Shown one piece after another: positions 1 through 11,035 of a stretch of 64,000 nt of DNA (position 1 is the first letter of the stretch; the number at the start of each line of letters is the position of its first letter). A program made the position numbers and the translations under genes. The DNA is from Spirochaetia bacterium (GTDB lineage: Bacteria; Spirochaetota; Spirochaetia; SZUA-6; Bin103). The notes under the pieces are model-generated. The model saw nothing but the letters and a program-made list of their open reading frames with translations. It made no database searches and was not told the origin of the DNA. Where the stretch lies: assembly GCA_965203515.1 (NCBI GenBank), contig OZ241907.1, forward strand, positions 32,001 through 96,000. The letters run 5' to 3'.

Positions 1-43
1 TGATGATCGACTACACGGAGACGGCCGAGCGGCCGGCCGGCTG

Positions 44-883
44 ATGTTCGGCCTGGGAAAGCGGCTCCGCGAGCTGTTCGGCTCGCAGCCGGAACGTCTG
101 GACCTCATCGAGGATACGCTGCTGGAAGCCGACATCGGCCCGCGCACGGTGGAGGAGCTGCTCGACGGGCTGAACAGCCGGTCGGGCCGCGGCGATCGGG
201 CGATCGCGGCGATCCGCGGGCGCGTACTGGAGCGCCTGCGCGCGGCGGCCTTCGAGCTCGAGCCCCGCGCGTTGTCGGTCGTGATGGCCGTCGGCGTCAA
301 CGGCGTCGGCAAGACCACGAACCTGGCCAAGCTGGGAGCGCTGCTCAAGCGGCGCGGGCGGCGCGTGCTGTTCGCTGCCGCCGACACGTTCCGGGCCGCC
401 GCGGTAGAGCAGATCGGCGCGCACGGCCGGCGCCTGGATATCCCGGTAGTCGCGCAGGCGCAGGGGGCCGACGCCGGCGCCGTGTTGTTCGACGCGATCG
501 ACAGCGCCGTCGCGCGCTCGGTCGACGTGGTGCTGGCCGACACCTCCGGGCGCATGCACACCAACGCCGGGCTCGACGCCGAGCTGCGCAAGCTGGTGCG
601 CATCGCCGAGCGCCGTCAGGTAGCGCTGCACCGACTGTTGGTGGTCGACGCCACCACCGGCCGCAACGCCTTCGATCAGGCGCGCACCTTTCGCGACGGC
701 GCCGGCGTCGACTCGATCCTGCTGGCCAAGCTCGACGCCACCGCCAAGGGAGGGGTGGTGCTGGACATCTGTCACGAGCTCGACCTGGGCATATCATTCG
801 TGGGCACCGGCGAGCGGATGGAGGACCTGACCCGCTTCGATCCGGAGACCTACGCCGCGGCGCTGCTCGACAGCGGCGCATGA
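44..883 (+). CDS. ftsY: Signal recognition particle receptor FtsY (short, NG domain only)
   Basis: SRP-GTPase motifs GVNGVGKTT, DTFRAAAVEQ, DTSGR, KLDATAKGG, GTGE; N-domain LLEADIG. Confidence 0.93.
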   Translation: MFGLGKRLRELFGSQPERLDLIEDTLLEADIGPRTVEELLDGLNSRSGRGDRAIAAIRGRVLERLRAAAFELEPRALSVVMAVGVNGVGKTTNLAKLGALLKRRGRRVLFAAADTFRAAAVEQIGAHGRRLDIPVVAQAQGADAGAVLFDAIDSAVARSVDVVLADTSGRMHTNAGLDAELRKLVRIAERRQVALHRLLVVDATTGRNAFDQARTFRDGAGVDSILLAKLDATAKGGVVLDICHELDLGISFVGTGERMEDLTRFDPETYAAALLDSGA

Positions 884-2097
884 GACCGGTCCGCCCGCCG
901 CTTGCGCCGGCGCCGGCGGCGCTGGCCGTCGCGGTGCTGGGCACGGCGGTGCTGGGCGCGGCGGTCTTCGGCGCTGCGGCGCAGAGCGCCGGCGACGCGG
1001 CCGTCCATTATCGCTCGAACGAGATCGGCATCCCGTTCGAGCGCATCGCGCCGGCGCAGGCCGGCGATCATCGGTTCGTCCTGGTCGACCGCCCCGCCGT
1101 CGTGCAGGGCGAGGTCACCGAAGACGAGCGCCTGTTGCTGGAAGAAGGCCGGCAGGTCCGGCGCTGGGTGAAGCGGCGCGGCGCCGGCGGCGGCCTGGTC
1201 GCGGAATACGATTACGCCGGCGGGCGCCTGACCGCCGAGCGCAGCTTCGACGCCGAGGCGCGGCTCACCGCCGCGGCCGACTACGAGGCCGGGGAGCTGG
1301 TGAGCCGCACCGTCTATACGTACGAGCCCCGCGTCGTGCGGGTGGAATCGACCGGCGCCGATGGATCGATGCGGTTTCGCGCTACGTACCAGCTGGCCGC
1401 CACCGGTCAGGTGCGCGACTTCGTCAGCATCGCTCCGGGCCAGGATCGGCTCGGCGCCCGTTTCGTGTTCGGCGGCGGGGCGCTGGTCGAGGAGGTCGTC
1501 ACCGCCGGCGCGACGCGGCTGGTGTCGCGCTACCTGGCCGGCGAGCGCTATCAGGTCGAGGAGTGGCGCGGCGGCGTCCTGCACAGCGTCCGCGATCTGG
1601 AACACTCCTCCGACGGTCTGCTGGTGGCCGAGACACGGACCGAGCCGGCGACCGACCGGAGCACCGTCACGCGCTTCGACGCCGCAGGCCGCGTGCTCGA
1701 GGCGCTCACCACGGAGCGCGGCGCGCGGGTCGAGATGGTCCGGCACCGCCGCGACGCCGCCGGCCGGATCGTCACCACGCAGCGCGAGACCGACGCCGGC
1801 GACGAACGGTGGGACTTCGAGTACGCGGTCGACGCGCAGGCGGCGGCCGCGGCGGACGATCCGGACGGCCGGCTGCGCGCCGCGCGCAACCGGCAGAACG
1901 GCGCGCTGGTGTCGGTCACCACCTACCAGGTGGCCGACGGCGATCCGTCGGCGCGGCAGGTCGATTACTACCGCAACGGAGTGCCCTATCGTCGCCTGTT
2001 CTTCCGCGGCGACGAGCGGGTGCGCGAGCAGGTCCTCCGGGATGGCGCGGTGATCCGCGAGCGCGTATTCGATGCCGGCGACGGCGCCGAGGGCTGA
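880..2097 (+). CDS. Hypothetical exported protein with YD/RHS- or MORN-like beta-hairpin repeats
   Basis: Hydrophobic N-terminal signal-like stretch; recurring motifs FDAEARL, FDAAGRV, RDAAGRI, YYRNGV; ATGA overlap with ftsY stop. Confidence 0.6.
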   Translation: MRPVRPPLAPAPAALAVAVLGTAVLGAAVFGAAAQSAGDAAVHYRSNEIGIPFERIAPAQAGDHRFVLVDRPAVVQGEVTEDERLLLEEGRQVRRWVKRRGAGGGLVAEYDYAGGRLTAERSFDAEARLTAAADYEAGELVSRTVYTYEPRVVRVESTGADGSMRFRATYQLAATGQVRDFVSIAPGQDRLGARFVFGGGALVEEVVTAGATRLVSRYLAGERYQVEEWRGGVLHSVRDLEHSSDGLLVAETRTEPATDRSTVTRFDAAGRVLEALTTERGARVEMVRHRRDAAGRIVTTQRETDAGDERWDFEYAVDAQAAAAADDPDGRLRAARNRQNGALVSVTTYQVADGDPSARQVDYYRNGVPYRRLFFRGDERVREQVLRDGAVIRERVFDAGDGAEG

Positions 2098-3448
2098 GCC
2101 GGCGCGGTCCGCCGCCGGCGACGCGCGGCTGGCGCTGGCGCTGGTCGCCGCCCATCTGCGCGGGCGTCGCGGGCGCGGCAGCGGCCGCGCGTCGCTGGCG
2201 CTGGCGGTGGCCGGTATGGCGGCCGGCGTGATGATGCTGACCAGCGTGCTCGGCATCATGAACGGGCTGCAGCTCGGCTATATCGAAGACTTGGTGGAGA
2301 TCGGTTCGTTCCACCTGCGGATCAGCCGCGACGGCGATCGGGCGGTCTCCCCCGGCGTCGTGGCGGAGATCGACCGGCATCCGTCGGTGCGCACGGTCAC
2401 GCCGCTGGCCGACATGGTGACGATGGTCGGCCGTCCGGCATCCGCCGCGCGGCACGTGATGACCCTGCGCGCGGTGCCGGCCGACATCGCCGTTCGCGAC
2501 CCGTCGTTCGCGGGGCAGCTCGGCCTGGGGGCGGCGCCGCTTTCGCGCGGGACCGTGACGCTGGGCATCGCCGCCGCGGTCCTGCTCGGCGTCGGCGTCG
2601 GGGATACGGTCGCCGTCAACCTGATCGACGCCGCGGCGGCCGGCCGGCCGGTGGCGCGCACCGCGCGGCTGATCGTCGCCGGCACGTTCGAGAGCGGCTT
2701 TGCCGACTTCGACCGGCACTGGGCGCTCGTGTCGCTTCAGACCGCCCAGACCATGACCGGCGGAGCGCTGCCGCTGGAGTACGGCGTCAAGCTGACCGAC
2801 CGGTTTCGAGATCGGATGGCGCGTGCGGCGGTGGAGGCGATCCTTGCCGGCGGGCATCCGCACGGGGACTACCGCGTGCGCAGTTGGCGCGAGTTCAATC
2901 AGGCGTTCTACGGCGCGCTGCGCACCGAGAAGCTGCTGATGTCGACGCTCATCGCGCTGGTGTTCGTGGTGGTCGGCTTCAACGTCTTTCACGGCATGCG
3001 GCGCCGCATCCAGGAGCGCCGCCAGGAGATCGGCGTGCTGCGCGCCCTGGGAGCGACCCCGACGATGCTGCGGCTGGCCTACGCGGTGGAGGCTACCGCC
3101 GCCGGCGCGGCCGGCGCGGTCTGCGGCTTGGCGGTGGGCCTGGCGATCGCCGACAACCTGACCGCGTTGCTGCGGCTCACCGAGTCGGTGACGAATGCGC
3201 TGCTGGACGCGGCACGGCCGTTCGCGGCGCAGCCGTTCGCGGCCCGGCCGTTCGCGTCGCCGGCGCGGCAGCCGTTCCGGCCGCCATCGATGTTCCAGCT
3301 CGCCGAGATACCCAACCGGGTGCTGCTGCACGAGGCGGTGATCACCTGCGCGGTCGCCATCGGCGCCGGGCTGATCGCTGCGCTGGCGGCGGGTCGCTGG
3401 CTGCGCGTCATCACGCCGGAGCGCATCATGCGCGAGGCGCGGGAATGA
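2072..3448 (+). CDS. LolC/LolE-family (FtsX-like) ABC permease
   Basis: TM1 followed by GIMNGLQ; SWREFNQAFYGALRTEK; ERRQEIGVLRALGA motif; adjacent to a LolD-like ATPase. Confidence 0.85.
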   Translation: MPATAPRAEPARSAAGDARLALALVAAHLRGRRGRGSGRASLALAVAGMAAGVMMLTSVLGIMNGLQLGYIEDLVEIGSFHLRISRDGDRAVSPGVVAEIDRHPSVRTVTPLADMVTMVGRPASAARHVMTLRAVPADIAVRDPSFAGQLGLGAAPLSRGTVTLGIAAAVLLGVGVGDTVAVNLIDAAAAGRPVARTARLIVAGTFESGFADFDRHWALVSLQTAQTMTGGALPLEYGVKLTDRFRDRMARAAVEAILAGGHPHGDYRVRSWREFNQAFYGALRTEKLLMSTLIALVFVVVGFNVFHGMRRRIQERRQEIGVLRALGATPTMLRLAYAVEATAAGAAGAVCGLAVGLAIADNLTALLRLTESVTNALLDAARPFAAQPFAARPFASPARQPFRPPSMFQLAEIPNRVLLHEAVITCAVAIGAGLIAALAAGRWLRVITPERIMREARE

Positions 3449-3464
3449 GCGGAGGGAGCGAGGA

Positions 3465-4160
3465 ATGAGCGAATCGGTGCTGTCGATGCGCGCGGTCACC
3501 AAGCGGTACGGCCTTCGCACCGGCGCCGGGATGGTGCTGCGCGGCATCGACCTGGAACTCGCCCGCGGCGCCTCGGTGGCGGTCACCGGCGTCAGCGGCT
3601 CGGGCAAGAGCACCCTGCTCAACCTGGCCGGCGGCCTGGACCGCGTCACCTCCGGCACGGTTCGGCTCGACGGCGTCGACCTCACCGCGCTCGATGAGGT
3701 CGAGCTGGCGCTGCAGCGGCGCAAGCTGGGCCTGATCTTTCAGTTCCATCACCTGCTGCGCGACTTCACGGTGCTGGACAACGTGCTGATGCCGGCCCGT
3801 CTGCAGAACCGGCCGCGGGCGGCGGCCGCCGCCGCCGCCCACGAGACGCTCGACCGCGTCGGGCTGAACGGCGCCTGCCACCGGTATCCGGCCGAGCTGT
3901 CCGGCGGCGAGCAACAGCGCGTGGCGGTGGCGCGGGCGCTCGCCGCGCAGCCGGCGCTGATCCTTGCCGACGAGCCGACCGGCAACCTCGACCGGGCCGC
4001 GTCGCACGCGGTCGCCGACCTGCTGTTCGGCCTGGTCGCCGAGCGCGGCGCTGCCTGCCTGCTGGTGACCCACGACGCGGAGCTGGCCGCGCGGGCGGAG
4101 CGCGTGCTGACGCTCCGGGACGGCGCGCTGATCGTCGGGGCCGGGGGCGGCGCCGGATGA
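3465..4160 (+). CDS. lolD: LolD-family ABC ATP-binding protein
   Basis: GVSGSGKST, FQFHHLL, LSGGEQQRVAVARAL, ILADEPTGNLD, VTHD. Confidence 0.88.
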   Translation: MSESVLSMRAVTKRYGLRTGAGMVLRGIDLELARGASVAVTGVSGSGKSTLLNLAGGLDRVTSGTVRLDGVDLTALDEVELALQRRKLGLIFQFHHLLRDFTVLDNVLMPARLQNRPRAAAAAAAHETLDRVGLNGACHRYPAELSGGEQQRVAVARALAAQPALILADEPTGNLDRAASHAVADLLFGLVAERGAACLLVTHDAELAARAERVLTLRDGALIVGAGGGAG

Positions 4161-5434
4161 GGCCGCCGGCCGGGCCGAGGCTGCCGGCCGGGCCGAGGTT
4201 GCCGGCCGGGCCGTGGCTGGGCTTGACCATGGCCGGACGCGGCCACGTTCGCGGCGGCCCTGCGCTGGCCGGCACGGCCCTTGGCATCGCCTTGAGCCTG
4301 GTGCCGGTGATCGTGGTGCTGGTGGTGGCGGACGGCATGATCGAGGGGATCACCGGGCGCTTCCTGGAGGTCGACACCTACCATGCCCGTATCGTCCTGG
4401 ACGGCCGCGAGCGGGACGTCGACGCGCTGCTGGCGGCGGTGCGCGCCGCGCCCGGCGTGTCGCTGGCCGAAGCGGAACTGCGCAGCCCGGCCCTGCTGTT
4501 CAACGCCGGACGGCGCGCCGGCGTGCAGGTGCGGTTCGTGCGTCCCGGCCTCCTGGAGCGCGACCCGGGCCTGCGGGGCTATCTCAGCGTGGACGGAGCG
4601 TTCGATCTGAGAGCGGATGACCGCGTCGTGATCGGGCGGGAGCTGGCGGACGCCCTGGGCGTGGCGGTCGGCGACTCGGTGGGGCTGTGGGTGCAGGGCG
4701 GACGCTTCGCCGTGGCCCGCGTCGCCGGCCTGTACCGGTCCGGCTATCAGCAGCTCGACGCCGCGTACGCGTTCATGGCCGCGCCGGCGGCGGTGCGGAT
4801 GGGCGCGGTCGGCATCCGGTTCGTGGGCGTGAAGGCGCAGGATCCGTTCGGCGGGTTGGACGCGCTGTTGGCCGACCTGGAAGCGTTGGCGCCGGCCGGT
4901 GCGCGGACGATCGGCTGGTACGACCTGCAATGGACGGCGTATCGCTCGTTTCGCGCCACCAAGACATGGCTGACCCTGATCATGGCGGTGATCGCGTTGG
5001 TGGCGGCGGTCAACGTCGCGTCCGCTCTGCGCATGCTGCTGCTGGAACGGAGCGCGGAGATGGCCTACCTGCGCGCCATGGGCGGATCGGGCGATCAGGT
5101 CGGCGTGGCGTTCCTGACCGCCGGCCTGATCAGCGGCGCCGCCGGCAGCGTAGCCGGGGTGGCGCTGGGTCTGGCCGCGGCGGTCAACGTCAACGAGCTG
5201 CTGGCGGCGCTGGAGTGGGTGGTGAACGCGGTAGGGCTGGTCCTGTCCGGCGCCGATGAGCCGGTGCGGTTGCTCGACCGCTCCTTCTATCTGGAGGAGA
5301 TTCCGGTGCGCGCCGATCTCGGCCAGCTCGTCGCCACCGCGGCGGCCGCCACCGCGGCGGCCGCGGTGGCGGCGTTGCTCCCCGCCCGGCAGGCGGCGAG
5401 CCTCCGGCCGATGGAGGCGTTGCGGCAACGGTAA
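4157..5434 (+). CDS. LolE/LolC-family ABC permease
   Basis: VADGMIEGI after TM1; ERSAEMAYLRAMG; C-terminal PARQAASLRPMEALR. Confidence 0.85.
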   Translation: MRPPAGPRLPAGPRLPAGPWLGLTMAGRGHVRGGPALAGTALGIALSLVPVIVVLVVADGMIEGITGRFLEVDTYHARIVLDGRERDVDALLAAVRAAPGVSLAEAELRSPALLFNAGRRAGVQVRFVRPGLLERDPGLRGYLSVDGAFDLRADDRVVIGRELADALGVAVGDSVGLWVQGGRFAVARVAGLYRSGYQQLDAAYAFMAAPAAVRMGAVGIRFVGVKAQDPFGGLDALLADLEALAPAGARTIGWYDLQWTAYRSFRATKTWLTLIMAVIALVAAVNVASALRMLLLERSAEMAYLRAMGGSGDQVGVAFLTAGLISGAAGSVAGVALGLAAAVNVNELLAALEWVVNAVGLVLSGADEPVRLLDRSFYLEEIPVRADLGQLVATAAAATAAAAVAALLPARQAASLRPMEALRQR

Positions 5435-5490
5435 GCGCTCCGACCGCGGCAGCGCCGACGACGGCCTGATTCGCCGCCGGTTCGGATGAT

Positions 5491-5551
5491 TTGATCGGCC
5501 CGCCGTCGTCTGCGATACTTCGTACAGGCGCCGCATCGCGACCGATGCGGC
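5491..5551 (+). promoter_or_regulatory. Putative sigma70 promoter of clpC, followed by a 9-bp perfect hairpin in the leader
   Basis: TTGATC(5491-5496)-17 nt-GATACT(5514-5519) with upstream TG; GCCGCATCG-cgac-CGATGCGGC at 5530-5551. Confidence 0.4.
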
Positions 5552-5585
5552 AGCTCCCCGGCAAGGTGAATCATGGAGGCAGGAC

Positions 5586-8069
5586 ATGACGTGGAAGGGC
5601 CTGACACAGCGCGCCCAAAAGGTGGTTTCATTCCGGGCCCAAGAGGAAGCCAAGCGGTGTCACGCTGAGAAGTTGCTGCCGGAGCACATCATTCTGGCGT
5701 TGCTCAAGGACGGTGAAGGGGTCGCCGTCAAGGCCCTGCAGCGGGTCAAGGTCGGCATTGACGAGATGCGGCGCGATATCGAGCGCAACCTCACGACCGG
5801 CAAGGGCGGCCTCATCCTGGGCGATATCGAGGCATCGGAGCGCGCCAAGTCGGTTCTGAAGGGCGCCACCCACGAGGCCAAGAACATGGGTCACGTGTAC
5901 GTCGGCACCGAGCATCTGCTGCTGGCCGCGGCGCGCGACGAAGCGGGCGCGACGTACCGCTACCTGACGCAGCGCAACGTATCGCCCGAGCAGTTGCGCG
6001 AAGCGATCATCCGCATCAACGGCTTGGGCGAAGCGCGGCAGGCATCCGCGCCGAAACGGCGCGCGCAGTCCGCCGCCCGCAAGCCGACTCCGACTCTGGA
6101 CGAGTTCAGCCGCGATCTGACCACGCTGGCGCGCGAGGGCAAGCTGGACCCGGTGGTCGGCCGCGCCCGCGAGATCCAGCGGGTGATCCAGATACTGGCG
6201 CGGCGTACCAAGAACAACCCCGTGCTGATCGGCGAGCCCGGCGTCGGCAAGACCGCGATCGTCGAAGGGCTGGCGCAGAAGGTCGTCAACGGGACCGCGC
6301 CCGACGTCCTGCACGGCCGGCGCGTGCTGACGCTGGACCTGGCGTCGATCGTCGCCGGCACCAAGTACCGGGGCGAGTTCGAAGAGCGGCTGAAACGGGT
6401 GATGAAGGAGATCGTCACCGCCGGCAACGTCATCATCTTCATCGACGAGTTGCACACGATCATCGGCGCGGGCGGCGCCGAAGGGGCGATCGACGCATCC
6501 AACATGCTCAAACCCGCCCTGTCACGCGGCGAGCTGCAGTGCATCGGCGCAACCACGCTGGCCGAGTATCGCAAGTACATCGAGCGCGACGCCGCGCTGG
6601 AGCGCCGGTTCCAGTCGGTGTTCGTGGACGAGCCGTCGGTGGAGGAGACGGTGGAGATCCTCAAGGGGGTCAAGGACCGCTACGCGCAGTTCCACAGCGT
6701 GGTCTACACCTACGAAGCCCTGGAAGCGGCGGCGTCGCTCTCCGCCCGCTATATTTCCGACCGCCACCTGCCGGACAAGGCGATCGACCTGCTGGACGAA
6801 TCGGGGTCGCGCAGCCGCATCGACAACAGCGCCCGGCCGCAAGAGCTGGTCGTGCTCGACCAGGAGATCGAGCGCCTGATGATCGAGAAGACCAATCTGG
6901 TCAACAGCCAGAATTACGAGAAGGCGGCCGCGGTGCGCGACCAGGTCGACGTGCTGCGGCAGAAGCTCGATAAGCGGGAGCGCGAATGGGCGCGCGCCAC
7001 GCAGGGCGAGCAGCGGCTGGTGGAGTCCGAGGACATCCAGCGGGTGATCTCGGAGATCACCGGCGTACCGCTGGCGCGCATCGCCCAGTCGGAATCGCGC
7101 CGCCTCCTGGAGATCGAGAGCGAGCTGCACGAGCGCATGGTCGGCCAGGAAGAGGCGATCAGCGCGGTGGCCGCCGCGATCCGCCGGTCGCGCACCGGCC
7201 TGTCGTCTCCGAAGCGGCCCATGGGCTCCTTCGTATTTCTGGGTCCGACCGGGGTGGGCAAGACCGAGTTGGCCAAGACGCTGGCGGAGTTCATGTTCGG
7301 CGACGAGGAGTCGCTGATCATGGTCGACATGTCGGACTACATGGAGAAGCACAACGTATCGCGGCTGGTAGGCGCGCCGCCGGGCTACGTGGGGTATGAC
7401 GAAGGCGGCATGCTCACGGAGAAGGTGCGGCGCCGGCCGTACAGCGTGATCCTGCTGGACGAGATCGAAAAGGCGCACCCCGACGTGTTCAACATCCTCC
7501 TGCAGGTGCTGGAAGAGGGGCAGCTCCAGGATCACCTGGGCCATACGGTGTCGTTCCGCAACACCATCCTGATCATGACCTCGAATGCCGGCGCGCGCGA
7601 GATCATCCAGGACGGCTCGCTCGGCTTTCGCACCGAGCGGTCGACGATGCGCTTTGCCGACATCAAGTCCTCGGCGCTGGCCGAGATGAAGCGCCTGTTC
7701 CGCCCCGAGTTTCTGAACCGGGTCGATGAGGTGGTGGTCTTTCACGCCTTGGAGCGCGAGCATTTGGAGAAGATCCTGGACCGGCTCCTGGACGAGGTGG
7801 GCGAGCGGCTGGCCGAGCAGAACATCGACCTGCGGGTGAGCCGGCGCGCGCGCGGCTACCTGATCGACAACGGCTCCGACGAGAAGTACGGCGCGCGCCC
7901 GCTGCGGCGCCTGATCCAGAAGGAGGTGGAGGACCCCCTGTCGCTGGAAATCCTGCGAGGCCGGTTCTCGTCGGGGAGCGCCGTCACCGTCGACCTCAAG
8001 GAGGATCGACTGGTGTTCCGTAAACGGCGCGCCGCCACCAAGCCGGCCAGAGAACTGGTCACCACCTGA
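5586..8069 (+). CDS. clpC: ATP-dependent Clp protease ATP-binding subunit ClpC
   Basis: Two Clp-N repeats ([16 protein letters not shown]), Walker A GEPGVGKT and [22 protein letters not shown]-type coiled coil, [28 protein letters not shown]. Confidence 0.96.
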   Translation: MTWKGLTQRAQKVVSFRAQEEAKRCHAEKLLPEHIILALLKDGEGVAVKALQRVKVGIDEMRRDIERNLTTGKGGLILGDIEASERAKSVLKGATHEAKNMGHVYVGTEHLLLAAARDEAGATYRYLTQRNVSPEQLREAIIRINGLGEARQASAPKRRAQSAARKPTPTLDEFSRDLTTLAREGKLDPVVGRAREIQRVIQILARRTKNNPVLIGEPGVGKTAIVEGLAQKVVNGTAPDVLHGRRVLTLDLASIVAGTKYRGEFEERLKRVMKEIVTAGNVIIFIDELHTIIGAGGAEGAIDASNMLKPALSRGELQCIGATTLAEYRKYIERDAALERRFQSVFVDEPSVEETVEILKGVKDRYAQFHSVVYTYEALEAAASLSARYISDRHLPDKAIDLLDESGSRSRIDNSARPQELVVLDQEIERLMIEKTNLVNSQNYEKAAAVRDQVDVLRQKLDKREREWARATQGEQRLVESEDIQRVISEITGVPLARIAQSESRRLLEIESELHERMVGQEEAISAVAAAIRRSRTGLSSPKRPMGSFVFLGPTGVGKTELAKTLAEFMFGDEESLIMVDMSDYMEKHNVSRLVGAPPGYVGYDEGGMLTEKVRRRPYSVILLDEIEKAHPDVFNILLQVLEEGQLQDHLGHTVSFRNTILIMTSNAGAREIIQDGSLGFRTERSTMRFADIKSSALAEMKRLFRPEFLNRVDEVVVFHALEREHLEKILDRLLDEVGERLAEQNIDLRVSRRARGYLIDNGSDEKYGARPLRRLIQKEVEDPLSLEILRGRFSSGSAVTVDLKEDRLVFRKRRAATKPARELVTT

Positions 8070-8071
8070 CT

Positions 8072-11035
8072 TTGCCGGGGTTCTTCGCGCGCGGCGTACT
8101 GCTGGCTGGCGCGCTTGGGGTTGCGCTGCTCCTGACGCCGGCCGCGCCGGCGACCGCTCAGGACGCCAACGACCTGTACCAGCGGGGGACCGACGCCTTT
8201 GCCGACGGCCTGTGGGCCAACGCGGCGCAGTCGTTCACGACGCTGGTCGAGCGCCACCCGGACTTCGAGCATCGCGCCGACGCCACCTTTCTGCTCGCCC
8301 TTGCCCGGTACCATCTACAGGAGTACGTACCGTCGCTGCAGGTGCTGCGGGCGTTCGCCGGGCGCTATCCCGATTCCGAGCACGTGGCGGTCCTGGATCA
8401 TTGGCAGGCGGCCAACCTGCTGGCGCAGGGCCGGGCGGCCGAGGCGGTGGAGTTGGCCGCACGGCAGCTCGGGCGCGCCGGCGCGCCGGCGGAGTACCGC
8501 TGGCGTACGCTGCTGCTGCACGCCGCCGCCCTGGAAGGGGCGGGCCGCCCGGCAGACGCGGAGAGCGCCTATCTGGCCATGGCCGACGAGCTGCCGGCGA
8601 CGGAGCAGGCCGAAGCGCTGTTCCGGGCCGGCCAGATCGCCTACCAGGCGGGGCGCTACGCGGATGCGGCCGAGACGTTCGGTCGTATCGTGTTCGATCA
8701 TGCCGGCAGCGCGCGTGCTCCGCAGGCGCTGTTCGCGCAGGCGGATGCGTCGCTGATGGCCGGTCGGCACGGCGCCGCCGCGGAGCGGTTCAAACGGTAT
8801 CTGGAACTGTTCCCGGACGGCGAGCTGGCGGATACGGCTTGGAGCCGTCTGCCCTTTCTGTACCTGGCCGACGAGCAGTTCGCACTGGCGGCGGAGTACG
8901 CCGATCAGGCGCTCGCGCACCCCGGCGTCGGCCTCACGGCGGAGCTGCTCCAGGTCAAGGGCGAAGCGGCGCTGCAACTGGGCGAGATGGATCGCGCCGT
9001 CGACGCGCTGCTGACGGCGCTGGACGCCGGCTTGGCGCCCGGCGACCGGCAACGCGCCATGTACCATCTGGCAGTCGCCTATCTGCAAGGCGATCGGCTT
9101 TCGGACGGTCTGGACCGGCTGCAGCAGGCCGGCGAGGGACCGGACGCGGACTTGGCGGCGAGCGCCATCCTGAACCGGGCCTATCTGCTGATCGAGGAGG
9201 GTGAGCTGGCCGCCGGGGCCGAGGCGCTGCAGCGGTTCGCCGACCGCTACCCCAACCACCCGCGCGTGACCGAGGCGTTGCAGGTCCTGGCGCGGACGCG
9301 GGAGGCCCTGGGAGAGACGGAGGCGGCCCTCGACGCGTGGGAACTGCTGTCGCTGGCGGTGGAGGCGGAAGGCGTCACCGGCGTTCCGGTATCGGCGGGC
9401 CCCGCGTCGATGGGGACCCTGCTACGCGCCGCCGATGCCGCGGTCGCCGTCGATCAGGACGACCGCGCCCTGGCGCTGCTGGCGCGTCTGCGGCGGCTTG
9501 GGGCGCCGCCGGAGTCGCTGGAAGGGGTCTACCGTATGGGACGCATCTACGGTACGCGCGGCGAGCATGGGCGCGCCGCCGAGTTCTACCAGGAGGTCGT
9601 GAACAGCGCGCCGCGCGGAGAGCTGTACTGGCGCGCTCGCTTGGCGCTGGGGGCCGAGTTGTTCAACGCCGGCGAGTATCAGGATGCACGGGACGCGCTG
9701 CGCGACGGCGACGATGGCGGGGTGTGGGAGCCCTATCGCTACTTGGCATTGGGCCGCGTCCACTACCGCCTCCGCGAGTCCGACGAGGCGGCCGCAGCGC
9801 TGGCGGTGGCGGCCGGCGCGCCCGACGCCGCGGTGGCGTCCGAGGCGTCCTATCTGTATGCCGCCGCCCTCTATCAGGGCGGGCGCTACGAGCCCTCCCG
9901 CGATGCGTATCTGGCGTTCTCGGCCGATTACCCCGACGCCGTGCAGGTGCCGTCCGCGCTCTACCGCGCCGCCCTCAGCGCGCTGCGGCTCGATCAGCCG
10001 GAACGCGCGTGGTCGCTCTTCGCCGCCGGCCTGCAGACCATCGAAGCGCAGGAGGCCGGAGCAACGCCGGAGCCGCCGGGCGCCGGCGTCGATCTGGCCC
10101 AGGAGATACTGTACATGCTGGTCGACGGGGCGCTCCGTGCGGGTCAGCCGGAAGAAGCGGCGGCGGCCCTGGCAAAGCTGCGCCGGCGTGCGCCGAGCGG
10201 GCTCATGGCCGCGGAGGCGGGGCTGCGGTACGGCCAGTACCTGGTCGCGCAGGCGCAGACCGAGACCGGCCTGCAGGTCCTGCAAGAGGTCGCCGACTAC
10301 GGCGGCGACGGGCCCGGCCGGCGGGCGCTGTCGGCGGCCGCCCAGGCGGCGGAGGCGCTCGGCCGGTACGACCAGGCGGTCGACCTGCACTGGCGCACGC
10401 TACTGGCAGCTCACGACACCGGCCTGCGCGAGCCGGCGCTTGCCGGTTTGCGCCACGGCTTCGCGGCGATCGGCGCGGCGGGCGCCCAGCGTTACTACCT
10501 CAAGGCGGTTGCCGCCGCCGACACGGAGCTGCCCCGGGACGTGCGCGCGCGCGTGATGTACGACTACGCCATGCTGATCCACCCACAGCAGCCGCCCGCA
10601 GCCGCTTCCATCCTCCGGGAGGCGCTGCCCGATCTGAGCGCCGGTCCCGACCGCGACGACGGTTACTTCCTGCTGGCTGACAGCTACCGACAGGCCGGGG
10701 AGCCGCAACGGGCGATCGATGCGTACCGGATGGTGTCGGAAGTCGCGGTAGCCGGCGGCGGCCGGCAGGCCGAGGCGCATTTGCGCCTGGCGCAGCTCAT
10801 GGTGGAGACCGCAGGCGACTCGGCGGCGGCCGACGAGCTGGCGAACGTGGCGCTCCGGTTTCCCGACGACGGTGTCGTCGCGTCCGAAGCCCTCTACTTC
10901 GCGAGCGCGCTGTTTCGGAAGGGCGGCGCCGCGCGGTCGGCCAACCGGCTTGGCGACCGGCTGCTGGAGCGTTATCCGGAAAGCACGTGGGCCGAGCGCC
11001 TGCGCAACGAGCGGTCGGCGGCGTCAGAGGGTTGA
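8072..11035 (+). CDS. Large exported tetratricopeptide-repeat protein (BamD/YbgF-like repeats)
   Basis: Signal peptide ending ATA-Q; many TPR-like units with YPDS/FPDG/YPNHP turns (e.g. FKRYLELFPDGELADTA); TTG start. Confidence 0.8.
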   Translation: MPGFFARGVLLAGALGVALLLTPAAPATAQDANDLYQRGTDAFADGLWANAAQSFTTLVERHPDFEHRADATFLLALARYHLQEYVPSLQVLRAFAGRYPDSEHVAVLDHWQAANLLAQGRAAEAVELAARQLGRAGAPAEYRWRTLLLHAAALEGAGRPADAESAYLAMADELPATEQAEALFRAGQIAYQAGRYADAAETFGRIVFDHAGSARAPQALFAQADASLMAGRHGAAAERFKRYLELFPDGELADTAWSRLPFLYLADEQFALAAEYADQALAHPGVGLTAELLQVKGEAALQLGEMDRAVDALLTALDAGLAPGDRQRAMYHLAVAYLQGDRLSDGLDRLQQAGEGPDADLAASAILNRAYLLIEEGELAAGAEALQRFADRYPNHPRVTEALQVLARTREALGETEAALDAWELLSLAVEAEGVTGVPVSAGPASMGTLLRAADAAVAVDQDDRALALLARLRRLGAPPESLEGVYRMGRIYGTRGEHGRAAEFYQEVVNSAPRGELYWRARLALGAELFNAGEYQDARDALRDGDDGGVWEPYRYLALGRVHYRLRESDEAAAALAVAAGAPDAAVASEASYLYAAALYQGGRYEPSRDAYLAFSADYPDAVQVPSALYRAALSALRLDQPERAWSLFAAGLQTIEAQEAGATPEPPGAGVDLAQEILYMLVDGALRAGQPEEAAAALAKLRRRAPSGLMAAEAGLRYGQYLVAQAQTETGLQVLQEVADYGGDGPGRRALSAAAQAAEALGRYDQAVDLHWRTLLAAHDTGLREPALAGLRHGFAAIGAAGAQRYYLKAVAAADTELPRDVRARVMYDYAMLIHPQQPPAAASILREALPDLSAGPDRDDGYFLLADSYRQAGEPQRAIDAYRMVSEVAVAGGGRQAEAHLRLAQLMVETAGDSAAADELANVALRFPDDGVVASEALYFASALFRKGGAARSANRLGDRLLERYPESTWAERLRNERSAASEG

